Below, one piece after another: positions 42,363 to 60,215 of a DNA stretch of 64,000 nucleotides. A program made the translations under genes and the position numbers. Source of the DNA: the human T2T-CHM13v2.0 reference genome, Homo sapiens; the NCBI RefSeq assembly GCF_009914755.1, contig NC_060931.1, one strand, 5' to 3'. The notes below the pieces were generated by a model, which saw only the letters and a list, made by a program, of their open reading frames with translations, made no database searches and was not told the DNA's origin. The number at the start of each line of letters is the position of its first letter. Position 1 is the stretch's first letter.

Positions 42363-42818
42363 CAGTTAATTCATGGACAACATAAGTCTATGCAGGTCCA
42401 CTTACCCAAGGATGTTTTTTCAATACAAGTTACACCGAGTGAACTCGCCTCTCTTGCCTCCCTTCTGCCTCTGCCACCCAACACAGTAAGACCAACTCTC
42501 CTCTTCTGCCCACTCAGCATGAAGATGATGAGGATAAAGACCTTTATGATGATCTGCTTCCATTTGAGGAATACGACATATTTTCTCTTCCTTGTGATTT
42601 TCTTAATAACATTTTCTTTAACTTACGTTATTGTAAAAATATAGTATATGACACATATACAAAATATCCATTAATAGACTGTTTGTGTTATCGATAAGGC
42701 TTGCATTCAACATTATGCTATTAGTAGTCAAGTTTTGGGGGAGTCCAAAATTTTATGTGGATTTTTAACTGTGCAGTGGGTCAGCACGTCAATTCCCACA
42801 TTAGTCAAGGGTCAACTG
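42363..42818 (+). mobile_element. Tigger2a/MER28 DNA transposon
   Basis: TIR remnants cagttaattcatggacaac ... gtcaagggtcaactg|ta. Confidence 0.85.
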
Positions 42819-42849
42819 TACAAACTCCTTACTAGGCATGTACAAAAGA

Positions 42850-42941
42850 AACACAATAATAGAGGGATACTTTCAAATATAACAAACAAGGGTTCCTTAA
42901 TCTCAGTTTGGGAAGCACTGCTATCCAGGATATGGCAGGGA
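42850..42941 (+). repeat. Donor arm of a perfect 92-bp inverted repeat (partner 46282-46373)
   Basis: Base-by-base reverse-complement identity, 92/92. Confidence 0.98.
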
Positions 42942-44861
42942 TATAAGGGGAAGTCAACGGGAGGGGTCAGCATAAACAAACATGATTAAGGCCAATATGG
43001 ATACTGGATACATTTCATGAGGACTACATCTTTTTTATATATATATTAAGCCAACACAAATGCAGCTAAACCCTGTATAGACTTACTGAGTTATTCAAAA
43101 GCAAAAAAAAAAAAAAAAAAAATACGCTATTTAATTACACTATCTAGAATCTTAAAAAGAAGTGTGTTTGGATAATTGGCCAAGGTTCAGACTTAAAAAT
43201 AGCTCTAGGGGCAACACTCATTTTATTTCACTTGCTTTAGCTAATAACTGTCACTGTTCTATCTTAGACAAGACTTTCTCAAGTTTTGGCCACACTTCTA
43301 CTTTGCAGTCAATTTTTGTGTCTGGTACAGACATTGGCAGCTTTTTCAAAGGGCTGTGCCAAAGGGTTAACGTCTTTTCTGATAGTGTTCATGAGTAAAG
43401 GGAAGAAAATCTAAATAGGCTCCTAGTCTTAAAGGTCAGGTGGCAGAAATTTTGACCAAACTCAGAATTTCCCTCTGGTGACATCTCTGTAACTTTGCTC
43501 CATACTTCTGCCTCTCCCACAGGGACCAGATGCTGGAATTTTATCTATGGCATCTCAGAAGATCAGAGAAAAACTAAAAGACAAGGCACAACTTATAAAC
43601 AAATTTGTAAAATAATAGGTCTACATCTAAGAAAATTCCATTCTACGTTATGCTGAATATTTTCACCTCCATCAAAATACAGAGGTTTCATGGCAAGAAA
43701 TCCAGTCTTCATGTTAAACGATCATAATAGCATATCTTAAGAAACCTTTTTGGGGGTCCCATAACCCTAAGAATCTGCTGAAAGCTGTGGATGTTGTTGT
43801 GGAAAAGTATTTGCATTAGTAGAGACAATTTTTCATACATTTTAGGGGGCTCATAGATCACCTGAAATCAAGCCAGCAACCCCAGGAAATTTTTGATTCA
43901 ATATAAATAGCAAAATACAGCTCCAAAGAGGTGACATCTTTTGCCTAACACAGCAGAGCATGTGAGCAGCAATAACATAGTTTTTTTGTTATTGTTGTTT
44001 TTTGTTTTTTGTTTTGTTACTCCCAATCTAATGGCCTGAAGAAAGCCCTTAACTTAATTCCTTTGGTAACAAAGACTTCAAAGTAAGTTGCAGGAAGTTT
44101 TTCAGAAGGAGAAGAAATATTTATTGTGTTTTTGAGGCATTGGGAAATCTTTCGGAACACAAATGCTGCAATTTTTTTTTTTTTTTTGCCCTAAAGAGCC
44201 AAGAAATGAAATTCATAAGCTTATTGCTATTCTGATTTGGAAAGACAAAAGTGAGGAAGATAAGCAACTGGAGTTAAAGAAAGTACCTGGAAGGACATCT
44301 GAGAGCTGGGAGAAGGTTCTCATATGGAAACAATATGATTCTGCAACAAGTCCGTATTGATTAGGATAAAACCAAGTCATCCCGAACATTATTGCAATTA
44401 TATTAACGAAATATTAAATTTCTAAATCAAAAAATGAAAAGTGAAAAATAGCTTTTTTCACTATTTTGAGCTATTACAATTGCATAAAAATTACTGTATC
44501 CTGAAATTTGAATTTCATATTTTGAGGTTAATAAATCAGCTAGTATTTTTTTAATAATGATATGCCTTATGTTTAAAAGCTAAGAAAAAAGGGACTATTA
44601 TATAATTCCATTTGCAAGGACTTTTCCATAGTGACATACATCCCAGAAATACCTTCACCTACTCCAGGGGTTTTAAACTGCCAAATAGGTCCTACTGACT
44701 GGCCAGCATAGCACGAAGGTCTACCTTAAACATTCTGCCCCCTCTCTGTCCCTCACTCTACTTAAATCAACTAATTTGCAGTTTCCCATGCCCTTGAACA
44801 TACCATGCTTGCTTCCTGTTGTGTCACTCTGATTTCCCTTTTTCTAAATGTAGATATTTCT

Positions 44862-45172
44862 TTTTTTTTTTTATTTTTTTTGAGACCGAGTCTCACTCTG
44901 TCGCCCAGGCTGGAATAGAGCAGTGCAATCTTGGCCCACTGCAACCTCCACCTCGGGGAATCAAGCGATTCCCCTGCCTCAGCCTCCTGAGTAGCTGGGA
45001 CTACAGGCACGTGCCACCACGCCCAGCTAATTTTTTTTTTTTTTTTTGTATTTTAGTAGAGACGGGGTTTCACCATGTTGGCCAGGCTGATCTTGATCTC
45101 CTGACCTCGTGATCCGCCCACTTCGGCCTCCCAAAGTGCTGGGATTACAGGCGTGAGCCACCGTGCCTGGCC
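44862..45172 (-). mobile_element. Alu (AluSg/Sc-like)
   Basis: Perfect 16-bp TSD aaatgtagatatttct at 44846-44861 and 45173-45188. Confidence 0.98.
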
Positions 45173-45383
45173 AAATGTAGATATTTCTGTTCATTCTTTA
45201 CATCCCAGAGTAGGAATCACCTATTTTATGAGGCCTTCTCTAAAACATTTTTCCTTTGTACCACCCTTTTATTTCATATATTATACATTATTGTCATTAT
45301 ATACATTTCCCCTTCTGAATTCTGTTTCTAGGAAGTAGGAACCCCGATTCCAAACACAATATGTAGCAGCAAATATTTATGAA

Positions 45384-45420
45384 TAAATTTCTAATGAAAT
45401 TTCTAATGAAATTTCTAAAT
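45384..45420. repeat. 12-bp tandem repeat (aaatttctaatg) x3
   Basis: Directly visible. Confidence 0.85.
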
Positions 45421-46123
45421 GGAATACAGTTACTTTAGGAAAATAACTCAAGATATTAGAAAATATTAATAGAACAGGGACAGGTGGAAATTTTCTACCC
45501 ACTGGACTTTTACACAATTTTACACTAGTATTCTCTCCCTTAAGAGATGTTTTTTATATCTAAAAGATGCTATATGAACTTCATGTATTGTAATTGAATC
45601 TACAACTGCACAGAGTAAACTAGTATATTATTAATGTGACAACCCAAAATTTTACTTTTCAAAAGTATCTTAATGGGTATAAAGATACTCTTAAAACAGC
45701 ATAGCTTTCCTTATATATCCAATAGTATCTATGCTGGCATTTGTTAGCTATCAGCTAAAGACTTTTCTTCACCCTTCTCCATAACAGTAAAGGGTGGTTG
45801 AGACATGGCTGCTGGCTGGGGATTGTACTTCCCAGTCCCCTCTGGCACAAGTGTGGTCATGTAATTAATCCCTCATTGCTAATAGAATCCAAGCAAGAAT
45901 TATGTGACTAACTTCTTCTTTTGTGTTTTGTTTTTATTTGTTTTTTAGCTATACTTATTTTGCAATTGTCTATAAACCGAACTGATTTCCATAAAATACG
46001 TGACAATTTCCATTTAACTTGCCTAAGAGGATATCCGTGGCCAAGGCTTCTGTTCTTTTCACCACCACTTAGAGTGGTTACAACCAATGACTTTGAAAGT
46101 TATGCATTAAAAATTGGGAGAGT

Positions 46124-46262
46124 GGCCGGGTGCGGTGGCTCACACCTGTAATCCCAGCACTTTGGGAGGCTGAGGTGGGCAGATCACCTAAGGTCAGGAG
46201 TTTGAGACCAGCCTGGCCAACATGGTGAAATCTTCTCTCTACTAAAAATACACAAATTAGCC
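46124..46262 (+). mobile_element. Alu left arm only, fused to L1 3' UTR
   Basis: Stops at aaattagcc; no right arm, tail or 3' TSD. Confidence 0.95.
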
Positions 46263-46281
46263 CTGGTGTGTGATGTTCCCC

Positions 46282-46373
46282 TCCCTGCCATATCCTGGAT
46301 AGCAGTGCTTCCCAAACTGAGATTAAGGAACCCTTGTTTGTTATATTTGAAAGTATCCCTCTATTATTGTGTT
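46282..46373 (-). repeat. 92-bp templated inverted insertion copied from 42850-42941
   Basis: Exact reverse complement; overlaps a duplicated tgttcccctccctg (46274-46287 and 46370-46383). Confidence 0.98.
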
Positions 46374-46403
46374 CCCCTCCCTGTGCCCATATGTTCTCAT
46401 TGT

Positions 46404-50546
<4,143 letters not shown>

Positions 50547-50609
50547 TATGATACTAGCTGGTTATTTTGCCCATTAGTTGATGCAGTTTCTTCATAGTGT
50601 CAATGGTCT

Positions 50610-51624
50610 TTACATTTTGGTTTGTTTGTGCAGTGGCTGGTACCAGTTTTTCCTTTCCATATTTAGTGCTTCCTTCAGGAGCTCTTGTAAGGCAGGCCTG
50701 GTGGTGACAACATCCCTCAGCATTTGCTGGTCTGTAAAGGATTTTATTTCTTCTTCACTTATGAAGCTTTGTTTGGCTGCTTATGAAATTCTGGGTTGAA
50801 AATTATTTTCTTTAAGATTGTTGAATGTTGACCCCCACTCTCTTCTGGCTTGTAGAGTTTCTGCTGAGAGATCTGCTGTTAGTCTGATGGGCTTTCCTTT
50901 GTGGGTAACCTGACCTTTCTCTCTGGCTTAGCATTTTTTTCTTCATTTCAACCTTGATGAATCTGACAATTACGTGTCTTGGGGTTGCTCTTCTAGAGTA
51001 TCTTTATGGTGTTCTCCGTATTTCCTGAATCTGGATGTTGGCCTCTCATGTTAGGTTGGGGAAGTTCTCCTGGATAATATCCTGAAATGTGTTTTCCAAC
51101 TTGGTTCCATTCTCCCCATCACTTTCAGGTACACCAATCAAATGCAGCTTTGATGTTTTCACATAGCCCCATATTTCTTGGAGGCTTTGTTCCTTACTTT
51201 TCATTCTTTGTTCTCTAATCTTGTCTTCATGCTTTATTTCATTAAGTTGATCTTCAGTCTCTGATATTCTTTCTTCCACTTGATCCATTTGGCTAAAGAT
51301 ACTTGTGTATGATTCATGAAGTTCTTGTGCTGCGTTTTTCAGCTCCATCAGGTCATTTATGTTCTTCTGTAAACTGGTTATTCTAGCTAGCAGTTCCTCT
51401 AACCTTTTTTCAAGGTTCTAAGCTTCCTTGCGTTGAGTTAGAACCTGCTCCTTTAGCTCAGAGGAGTTTATTACCCACCTTCTGAAGCCTACTTCTGTCA
51501 GTTCATCAAACTCATTCTCCGTCCAGTTTTGTTCCCTTGCTGGCGAGGAGTTGTGATCCTTTGGAGGAGAAGAGGCATTCTGGTTTTCGGACTTTTCAGC
51601 CTTTTTGCACTGGTTTTTCCTCAT
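50610..51624 (-). pseudogene. Disrupted L1 ORF1
   Basis: MRKNQCKKAE...EQNWTENEFDELTEVGFRR and IGVPESDGENGTKLENT in different frames. Confidence 0.9.
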
Positions 51625-53275
51625 CTTCATGGATATATCTACCTTTGGTTTTTGATGTTGGTGACTTTCGGATGGGGTTTTTGTGTGGTCATCCTTTCTG
51701 TTGATGTTGATGCTATTGTTTTCTGTTTGTTAGTTTTCCTTCTAACAGGCCCCTCTTCTGCAGGTCTGCTGGAGCTTGCTGGGAGTCCACTACAGACACT
51801 GTTTGCCCACGTATTGCCAGCAGAGGCTGCAGAACAGCAAAGATTGCTACTTGCTCCTTCCTCTGGAAGCTTCTTCCCAGAGGGGCACCTGCCAGATGCC
51901 AGCCAGAGCCCTCCTGTAGGAGGTGTATGTCGACTCCTGCTGGGAGGTGTCTCCCTGTCAGGGGCGTCAGGGACCCACTTGAGGAGGCAGTCTGTCCCTT
52001 AGCAGAGCTCAAGCATTGTGCTGGGAGATCCGCTGCTACCTTCAGAGCTGGCAGGTAGGAACGTTTAAGTCTGCTAAGATGTGCCCACAGCTGCCCCTTC
52101 CCCCTAAAAGTCACCTTTCTTTAATTTTATAAGTCTATTTTCTTACACATTCTCTTCCATACCTAAATTTAATATTTATAATTTTTCTCTACACATCTCT
52201 CCCAACCTCCTCCAAGAAAAAAAAAAAACATTTTGGACATTTTAAATTAATATCACCTGTAAATATTTATGATTACATATGATAAAGGAGAAATACTAAG
52301 AGATGAAATGATCTGTTTAGATTATAAAACAAGCAAACTAGCAACAATACTAGAAGCTTAATATATTTACATTTGTCTCACAAACTAAACCCAGATACTT
52401 AAATTTTGGCATCTGGGAGAAAGCAGCCACATTTATAAAATATGTTCAGTTATCATCAGTTCTAGGAACTAGGTCAATAACAGACACATGTTCTTGTCAT
52501 TGGAAAATAATATAAGACCATATATGCTTCAGCAGCTATGTCTGTATGGAAACACCACACATGAGGAGAAGTCAACAATTAACTAACTCTCATATATTCA
52601 TTGTCAGATGGAACCCACATGCAAATGCAAATTCAAAAACAGCCTTTTCCTTATAAAATACTTAGAACAAGATTGTAAAAACACCATAATTCCCTTCTTC
52701 CACCTTGCTTTCTCTTTTCTCCCCCACCCACTCCCAGTTACACTGTTATAAAAATTATCAGCACCCAAATATTATAAAAAGGTGACATAGCTTATGTTGG
52801 TACAACTGGTCAGATGCACTTCTACAGAGATCATGGCTTGGTGTACTATAACACTTCATAACCCTTTTCAACCTGTAAAATCTTCCGGATGAAAAGACTG
52901 TGGAGCTCTAGCTACTTTTTCTTCACTCTTGCTTCACTTGAATAGCTCCAAAAGCCTACATTAAGTTTTCCTTATTTGAAAGAAAGGACAGAATTCCTCT
53001 GATCACATTCTGTCTAAACATGAACATTTTATGGCTACCCCTTTATTCCTTACCTCTTAAATGTTATAACACCATTGTTGGTACACAAAGTCAAACCTGT
53101 GAGGGTTTTTTTCCAGCAGACTTTGTTAATTACACCAGTTTAACCTGTTTTCATTTGTACAGTCTTAGACTAAAGGTGATGTAGCTGATAAATATTTATT
53201 TAAATGGTTCTTTGTGACAGCATTAGGATTAGATAGTTGCATGAAGATTCCTAACACTACTGGTACAGCCTAAAC

Positions 53276-53574
<299 letters not shown>

Positions 53575-53789
53575 TAAACTACTTTTAACAGGCTATAACG
53601 GAAGAACATTCTTAATTCTCATTTGTTATCAATTGGTTAAAAATACATTGTCCTACTCGAGAGTCTCCAGAGCCTTCTTACCAGCTACTGTGCCAAGTGT
53701 AAATTCTCCTGATGACTTTTCAGGACTCTTACATCACGATCTTGCCAGGTTTCCACTGCTCTCAATATGAGCCCAGCACTACTCTGTAA

Positions 53790-54214
<425 letters not shown>

Positions 54215-55520
54215 TTTCCAAGCTACTTTCATCACCAACTTCTCCAAATTTGTAAGGCCATAACACAAATTGGCACTTATTTATACACTATTTCCTACCT
54301 GTTTGGGTTGAGCTGATCCAATCTTGTCATCTAATTCATAAACTCTGCAAAGCTCAGGAAAAATCTCATACTTTCTTTGGATATTTTCTGTCAGAAGGTG
54401 CCTATATATAAGAAGGTGATCAGTACATTCAAATATATTAAGAAATTAAAATATCTGCCCCAGGTTTTCCGAGATGGTCTATCCAGTCTGGAATAAAGGC
54501 CTTGGGTCCAAATTGCCAGGTCCATTTCTTATAAATGTGTCTCCATTACCCTGGTCAGTGTAGTACAGTATAAAAGAAATGGGCTTGTGAATATTCCAAC
54601 TTTCTGCTTATCAGCTGTCTTATTTAGGCACACAAGTCAATCTCTGAGCCACTGACACCTTGGAAAAAAACCAAGGATAATAATATTTACATTTCACGGA
54701 CTTCTTTGATTTCTTTGAATGTATTATGCATACTCCGCCTCAGGGCTCTTCCCTCTGCCTAAATATTTCTTTCCCATCTATTTACCTAGTTAATCCCTAT
54801 CAATCTATTCTTAACGAAGTTGTCCTGACTCCTCTCTCATCCCACCCTATTTATCTAATGAACTTCTTTCCTAGTAGAGACTGTAACATGCTAGAAAAAA
54901 CAGAACACTTTGTCTTATTCCTCATTGTATTATCCTGCGCTCTGTGTAAATACGCAAATACTTGTTACTGAATATTTTTTCCCTTCCCCTTTCTTCTTTT
55001 TATGTATGATTTACTTTTAGCCTAAATCCTGTTAAGTGACTTTTCTTATTCTTTGATGTGTTTCTTGGCAATTGATTATGGTCACCAATCACTATGTAAT
55101 AACTTGATGTATAAAAATGTTTTTAAGTTACATAAGAAAAGTGACAAAATCAGCCAAAAAATACAAACATGGGTCAATATTTCCTTTGTGTGAACTGGCT
55201 AAATAGATAATTCATGTTCATTGCCAAGTTAGTTGCTCACTTTGATACCAATAAATACTTCTTACAACTTGGTTTGCTATAAATGTGTTTTTTAAATAGT
55301 TAATGTTAAATTAAGTGCATAGGGACATATAAGGAATATGACATATCTGGAATCCTTTATACACAAACCAGTATTAATGGTACTAAATTGAAATAGATTT
55401 ATATGATGGATAAAACTATTAAATTTATAGTCCATATTTTCATACCTAGCATCAGTGTTTTCAGTCTAATTAAGTCTGAATAAATTAGAACCTAAAATGA
55501 CATAAGACACTGAGTGAAGT

Positions 55521-55523
<3 letters not shown>

Positions 55524-55561
<38 letters not shown>
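55524..55561. repeat. (AC)19 microsatellite
   Basis: Directly visible. Confidence 0.98.
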
Positions 55562-55562
<1 letters not shown>

Positions 55563-55572
55563 ATTAACATAC

Positions 55573-55769
55573 CATTGAAGAGAGAATGGACATTGATATT
55601 CTCATGGTAACAATACATTTATGGCCAAAACAAGAATTCCAACTCCATTCAACCAGAAATATTAGGGTATCTATCTAGAATTCTAAAAAAGGGAAACTCA
55701 ATGGCTGTACAAATAAATTGTCTTGTTCAATGTTAGCCAGACTGACGGTTACGTTAACAAATACACATG
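55573..55769 (-). other. Candidate cryptic or non-coding exon (197 nt; 110 nt from alternative acceptor at 55682)
   Basis: tttctttttcttttag| acceptor, atg|gtatgt donor, stops in all three frames. Confidence 0.35.
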
Positions 55770-56139
55770 CTAAAAGAAAAAGAAATGTATACTATATGGC
55801 TTTATTTACACAAGCATTAATGAAAGTAAAGTCTCTCAACAAATGAGGTGATGATAACTACTCAAGCAATTACAATTAGATTTGGCTGAGTGTACCTGAA
55901 AAACCAATGGTCCCTGAAGGGGCTTCTCAAAATCACAACCCTACACTCTTAAGGAATTGTAGTCAATGTCAAACTCTATGGGAAATTTTGTTAGGAAAGT
56001 TTATGAATGTAAGATTTTTAGGAAACTGAAATCCAACTGTAAGAAACAAGAACTTCATTCTCCTTAGCTGGCAGAATTGAAACATCACACCTGTCTTACA
56101 TAAATAAAAAATATCATGGAAATTACATATTATTTCCAC

Positions 56140-56181
56140 TCCAATACCTAGCTTATATCTTCCAATACCCAGCTTACATCT
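56140..56181. repeat. 21-bp tandem duplication
   Basis: tccaatacctagcttatatct / tccaatacccagcttacatct. Confidence 0.85.
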
Positions 56182-56993
56182 TCCTTAACCTATAAAAGGT
56201 AAGATATAATTAAAAGGGAAGAAAATATGACAGGGGAAGTTTAAAAAGTACATGTACTACACTAATAAATGGAAATTAAGAACAAGAAATGATGAAGTCA
56301 AAAAATTGTTCCACTTGAAGAAATAAAAACAGAAAAAGCTCCAGCTATACATTTGTTTACCTTTACATTCTGTCTAATAAAGGCTCACAATTAAACATTG
56401 CTAATCATAATCTAAAACTGTGTGCCAGAAAGGTGAATACCAAAATGGAATATTTCTCAAACTGGTGAAGTGATTGTCCTGTTTTATCGTTTTACAACAT
56501 ATTAAGTATTCATAGGAGAATGCTCTTGGACAAGAATGTAGGCAGCTTAAGCATGAAATTGTAAGGCTTTAAATTCAAGAAAAAAATATATGCATTTAAT
56601 GAGACATTGTCCAGCTAACTCACAGCGTGAGTCTGTTGCCCAGGAATAACTGTACTTGAAATGAAGTTCTTTTTGTGCTATGCTGTATCACCATTTCACT
56701 AGTGCCTCTCTCATCGACTATATCAGGAAAGAAAGTCATACACCACTTCTGGACAACTGGCTAAAATGAGGTTATTTCCAACAATAGTTGTTTTGACTAC
56801 TTAGACAATGGAAAACAATTCCCCTTAGATCCAGAAAACAAGAAGCACTCACTGTATTGAAGGAAAAGGAAGAGGAACACAAATGATAATATTAAACTAT
56901 AAATAATTTAGATATTCCTGTTGATATAATATACTGAGTTTAGGAAGCTCTATATTTTTCTGTGACCAGCAGCTAGCATTTCTAATTAATCTA

Positions 56994-57023
56994 TTAGGTT
57001 GGTGCAAAAGTAATTGCGGTTTT
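56994..57023. mobile_element. MADE1 half (single TIR)
   Basis: ttaggttggtgcaaaagtaattgcggtttt. Confidence 0.85.
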
Positions 57024-57283
57024 AATACATATTAAAGTGAATTTTTAGGCCCTAAATAAAAGACGATTATAAACAAATAAAATATAGAAGTATAAATCAT
57101 AATCCAAAAGTAGGATGTGATTTTTTTTAATTTATAGAATTGACTGTCATAGCTCCTTAACAGTGTTATTTGCCCATATTCTTCTGTTTCTCTTCCAAGG
57201 GCAGAGAGTAAACGATTACAATTACACATAATTGATCAGCAAATTTAGAAATGAGCTGCCAGAGGAGAAATATTGGAACCCAG

Positions 57284-58110
57284 TGTGTTCAGAATTGGTG
57301 GGCTCTTGGTTTCACTGACTTGCAAGAATTAAGCCGCAGACCCTCGCGGTGAGTGTTACAGTTCTTAAAGATGGTGTGTCTAGAGTTTATTCCTTCTGAT
57401 GTTCGGAGTTTCTTCCTTCTGGTGGGTTTGTGGTCTCGCTGACTTCAGGAGTGAAGCTGCAGACCTTTGCAGTGAGTATTACAGCTCATAAAACGCAGTG
57501 CTGACCCAAAGAGTGAGCAGCAGCAAGATTTATTGCAAAGAGCGAAAGAACAAACCTTTCACAGTGTGGAAGAGAACCCAAGTGGGTTGCCATTGCTGGC
57601 TAGGGCAGCTTGCTTTTATTACCTTATCTGTCACACAGGGGGCGGGGGAGAGAGGGAGCAGGCTCGGAGCATGGGCATGGTGGGCTGCAGGTCCCGAGCC
57701 CTGCCCTGCAGGGAGGCAGCTGAGGCCCCGTGAGAATTCAAGCGGGGTACAGGTGGGCCAGCAGTGCTGGGGGACCTGGTGCACCCTATGCAGCTACTGG
57801 CCCAGGTGCTAAGCCCCTCATTGCGCAGCGCCGGCAGCCGCTCCGAGTGTGGGGGTCCCTTCAGCCCAGGCCCACCCGGAACTTGCACTGGCCTGCGAGC
57901 GCCCCGCTTAGCCCCGGTTCCTGCCTGCGCCTCTCCCTCCACACCTCCCCACAAGAAGAGGGAAGCCGGCTCCAGCCTTAGCCAGCCCAGAGAGGGGCTC
58001 CCACAGTGCAGCAGCAGGCTGAAGGGCTCCTCAAGCGTGGCCAGAGTGGACGCCAAGGCCAAGGAGGCACTGAGAGCGAGTGAGGGCTGCCAGCACGTTG
58101 TTATCTCTCA
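57284..58110 (-). mobile_element. LTR12 (ERV9) solo LTR with apparent internal deletion
   Basis: tgtgttcagaattggtggg...gctgccagcacgttgttatctctca; 4-bp TSD ccag on both sides. Confidence 0.95.
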
Positions 58111-58487
58111 CCAGTATCTTGTGAAAATTATTAAAGGATAGATTTTTGGCAGAAAGACATTATTTTTAAATCTCTTAGTAGAAGCACCTGTATAGCAAAC
58201 ATTTAAAATGTTTCTCCAACCTTTTATGTAACTCAACATTGACTGCTCATCCCTTTATGATTAAAAAGCTAATTCGTATTAAAATTTACACAATAAAATA
58301 TAAACGTTACTTTTTTTAATACTACTTCTCTTTCTTTTCACCTATCTTGTGTGCTTTTAAATGTATCTTGTTGATTTTTAAACTCAAAATTTTTCCAACT
58401 CACTAAATAGGTCTAAAAGTATTTTCCAAGAAAATTTGTTTAGAACAAAGAATGCATTTTCTCTTAAAAATAAGTGCTTTCTCTCAG

Positions 58488-58800
<313 letters not shown>

Positions 58801-60059
58801 AATAAGTGCTTTCTCTCAGAGGTTCTGCACATTGACACTTCCAGTATATATTTTAGCAGGTACACTTGCTCACTGATATCCCTCTTTGACCAATCTTTTT
58901 GATAATTGTGGTATAAATATTTTCCAGTGGTTTAGACATGTAATAAAGGCAAGCTATCCTACAAGTAGCTATATTTTTCCTCATTTTCTATTGAAAATGT
59001 CATTTCAGTTCCCTATGGTTCACCTCAGCTTACGAAAGCACGCTTTCTTTGCTTCCTTCCTCAAACAAGCAATGTGACTGCTGTTCTACCTCCTACACAT
59101 TCTTTACTTGGTAATTACAAGAAATTCTTTCCCGATTACTTGCCCACCATAGATAAGGCAGTAGAGACACTGCGGAGTTTCCCCTTTGCCATCATACAAG
59201 AAGACTGAGCAAAGTACAAACTAAGGAGCTTGGTGTTCATTGTTCTGAAGTTGGGTCTGCATCTAGAGGGGAAAGTGCAGCTATCAGTCAGCTGCTGGGG
59301 TGGGCTCCATCCTCACAGCAGGAACAGTCAAAAGCAAAGTGGCATGAGGATTGGGTGGCAAAGGAAAAAATGGTAAAGAGCAGAGGGCCTGTGTGTCCTG
59401 CAATACAGGGAGTCTAGAAGGAAATTTCTTGCTGTAGTTACAGTCCAATCAGCCAAGAATATGAGCCTTGAAGAGACAACATTTGGTTATATGTCATGTC
59501 TGTCAGGTTATTTAAACAGAGGGTTGCCAGTATTGGAGTACTGAATAAATGCATGCTGATAATATACATGAATAAAGACTTCTTAGTGGGCGTGCTTTTC
59601 ATAAATTATTCATGTGTGATCATAAATACTCAAACTGTGAAACTACTCTCTCTCCTATGTGATCCTTAAATAGTTCTAGAATAGGCATGTAGGTAATTGA
59701 CAAGATACTTAACATGGTACTTTCAATCCTAACTCATTTCAGGAACATTTGAATAGGACATGAGGGATCCTGGGGTGGGATAGATCTTTTAAGAAAAATC
59801 AATTTAAGTATCAAGAAGCCATCAACACACACAAAATATAATAGGAATGCCTTTCTCCCTAAGAAACTAAAACTGTCTTCTTACATATTAAAATCCATGA
59901 TACCCATGAAGCATTCCATGAAACATACTTTGTTTTCAACTGGAGAAATCCACAGTTCTCTATAGTTTTATCACTACAATTTTAAATGTGTAGTCAATAT
60001 TTAACATTTTAAACTAATTTAGACACATATTCTTTCATGGTTAATTAATTTAATGACCT

Positions 60060-60215
60060 GCTCCAGTGATTATCAAGGTCGTTTCATGTAAGCATTATCT
60101 GAGAATCTTGCTGATGCCTGAGTCCTAACCCAGACCAATTCAATGAAAAATTCCAGGGTTAAAGCCCAGATTTCACTAAGTTCATCCAGGTGGTTCTAGT
60201 GCAGGCTAGGAGTAA
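60060..60215. mobile_element. MER5A-like hAT relic
   Basis: gatgcctgagtcctaacccagaccaatt...ccaggtggttctagtgcag. Confidence 0.6.

Noticed and set aside
57498-58141. GC-rich ORFs and CpG-island-like region
   Set aside because: Almost entirely within LTR12
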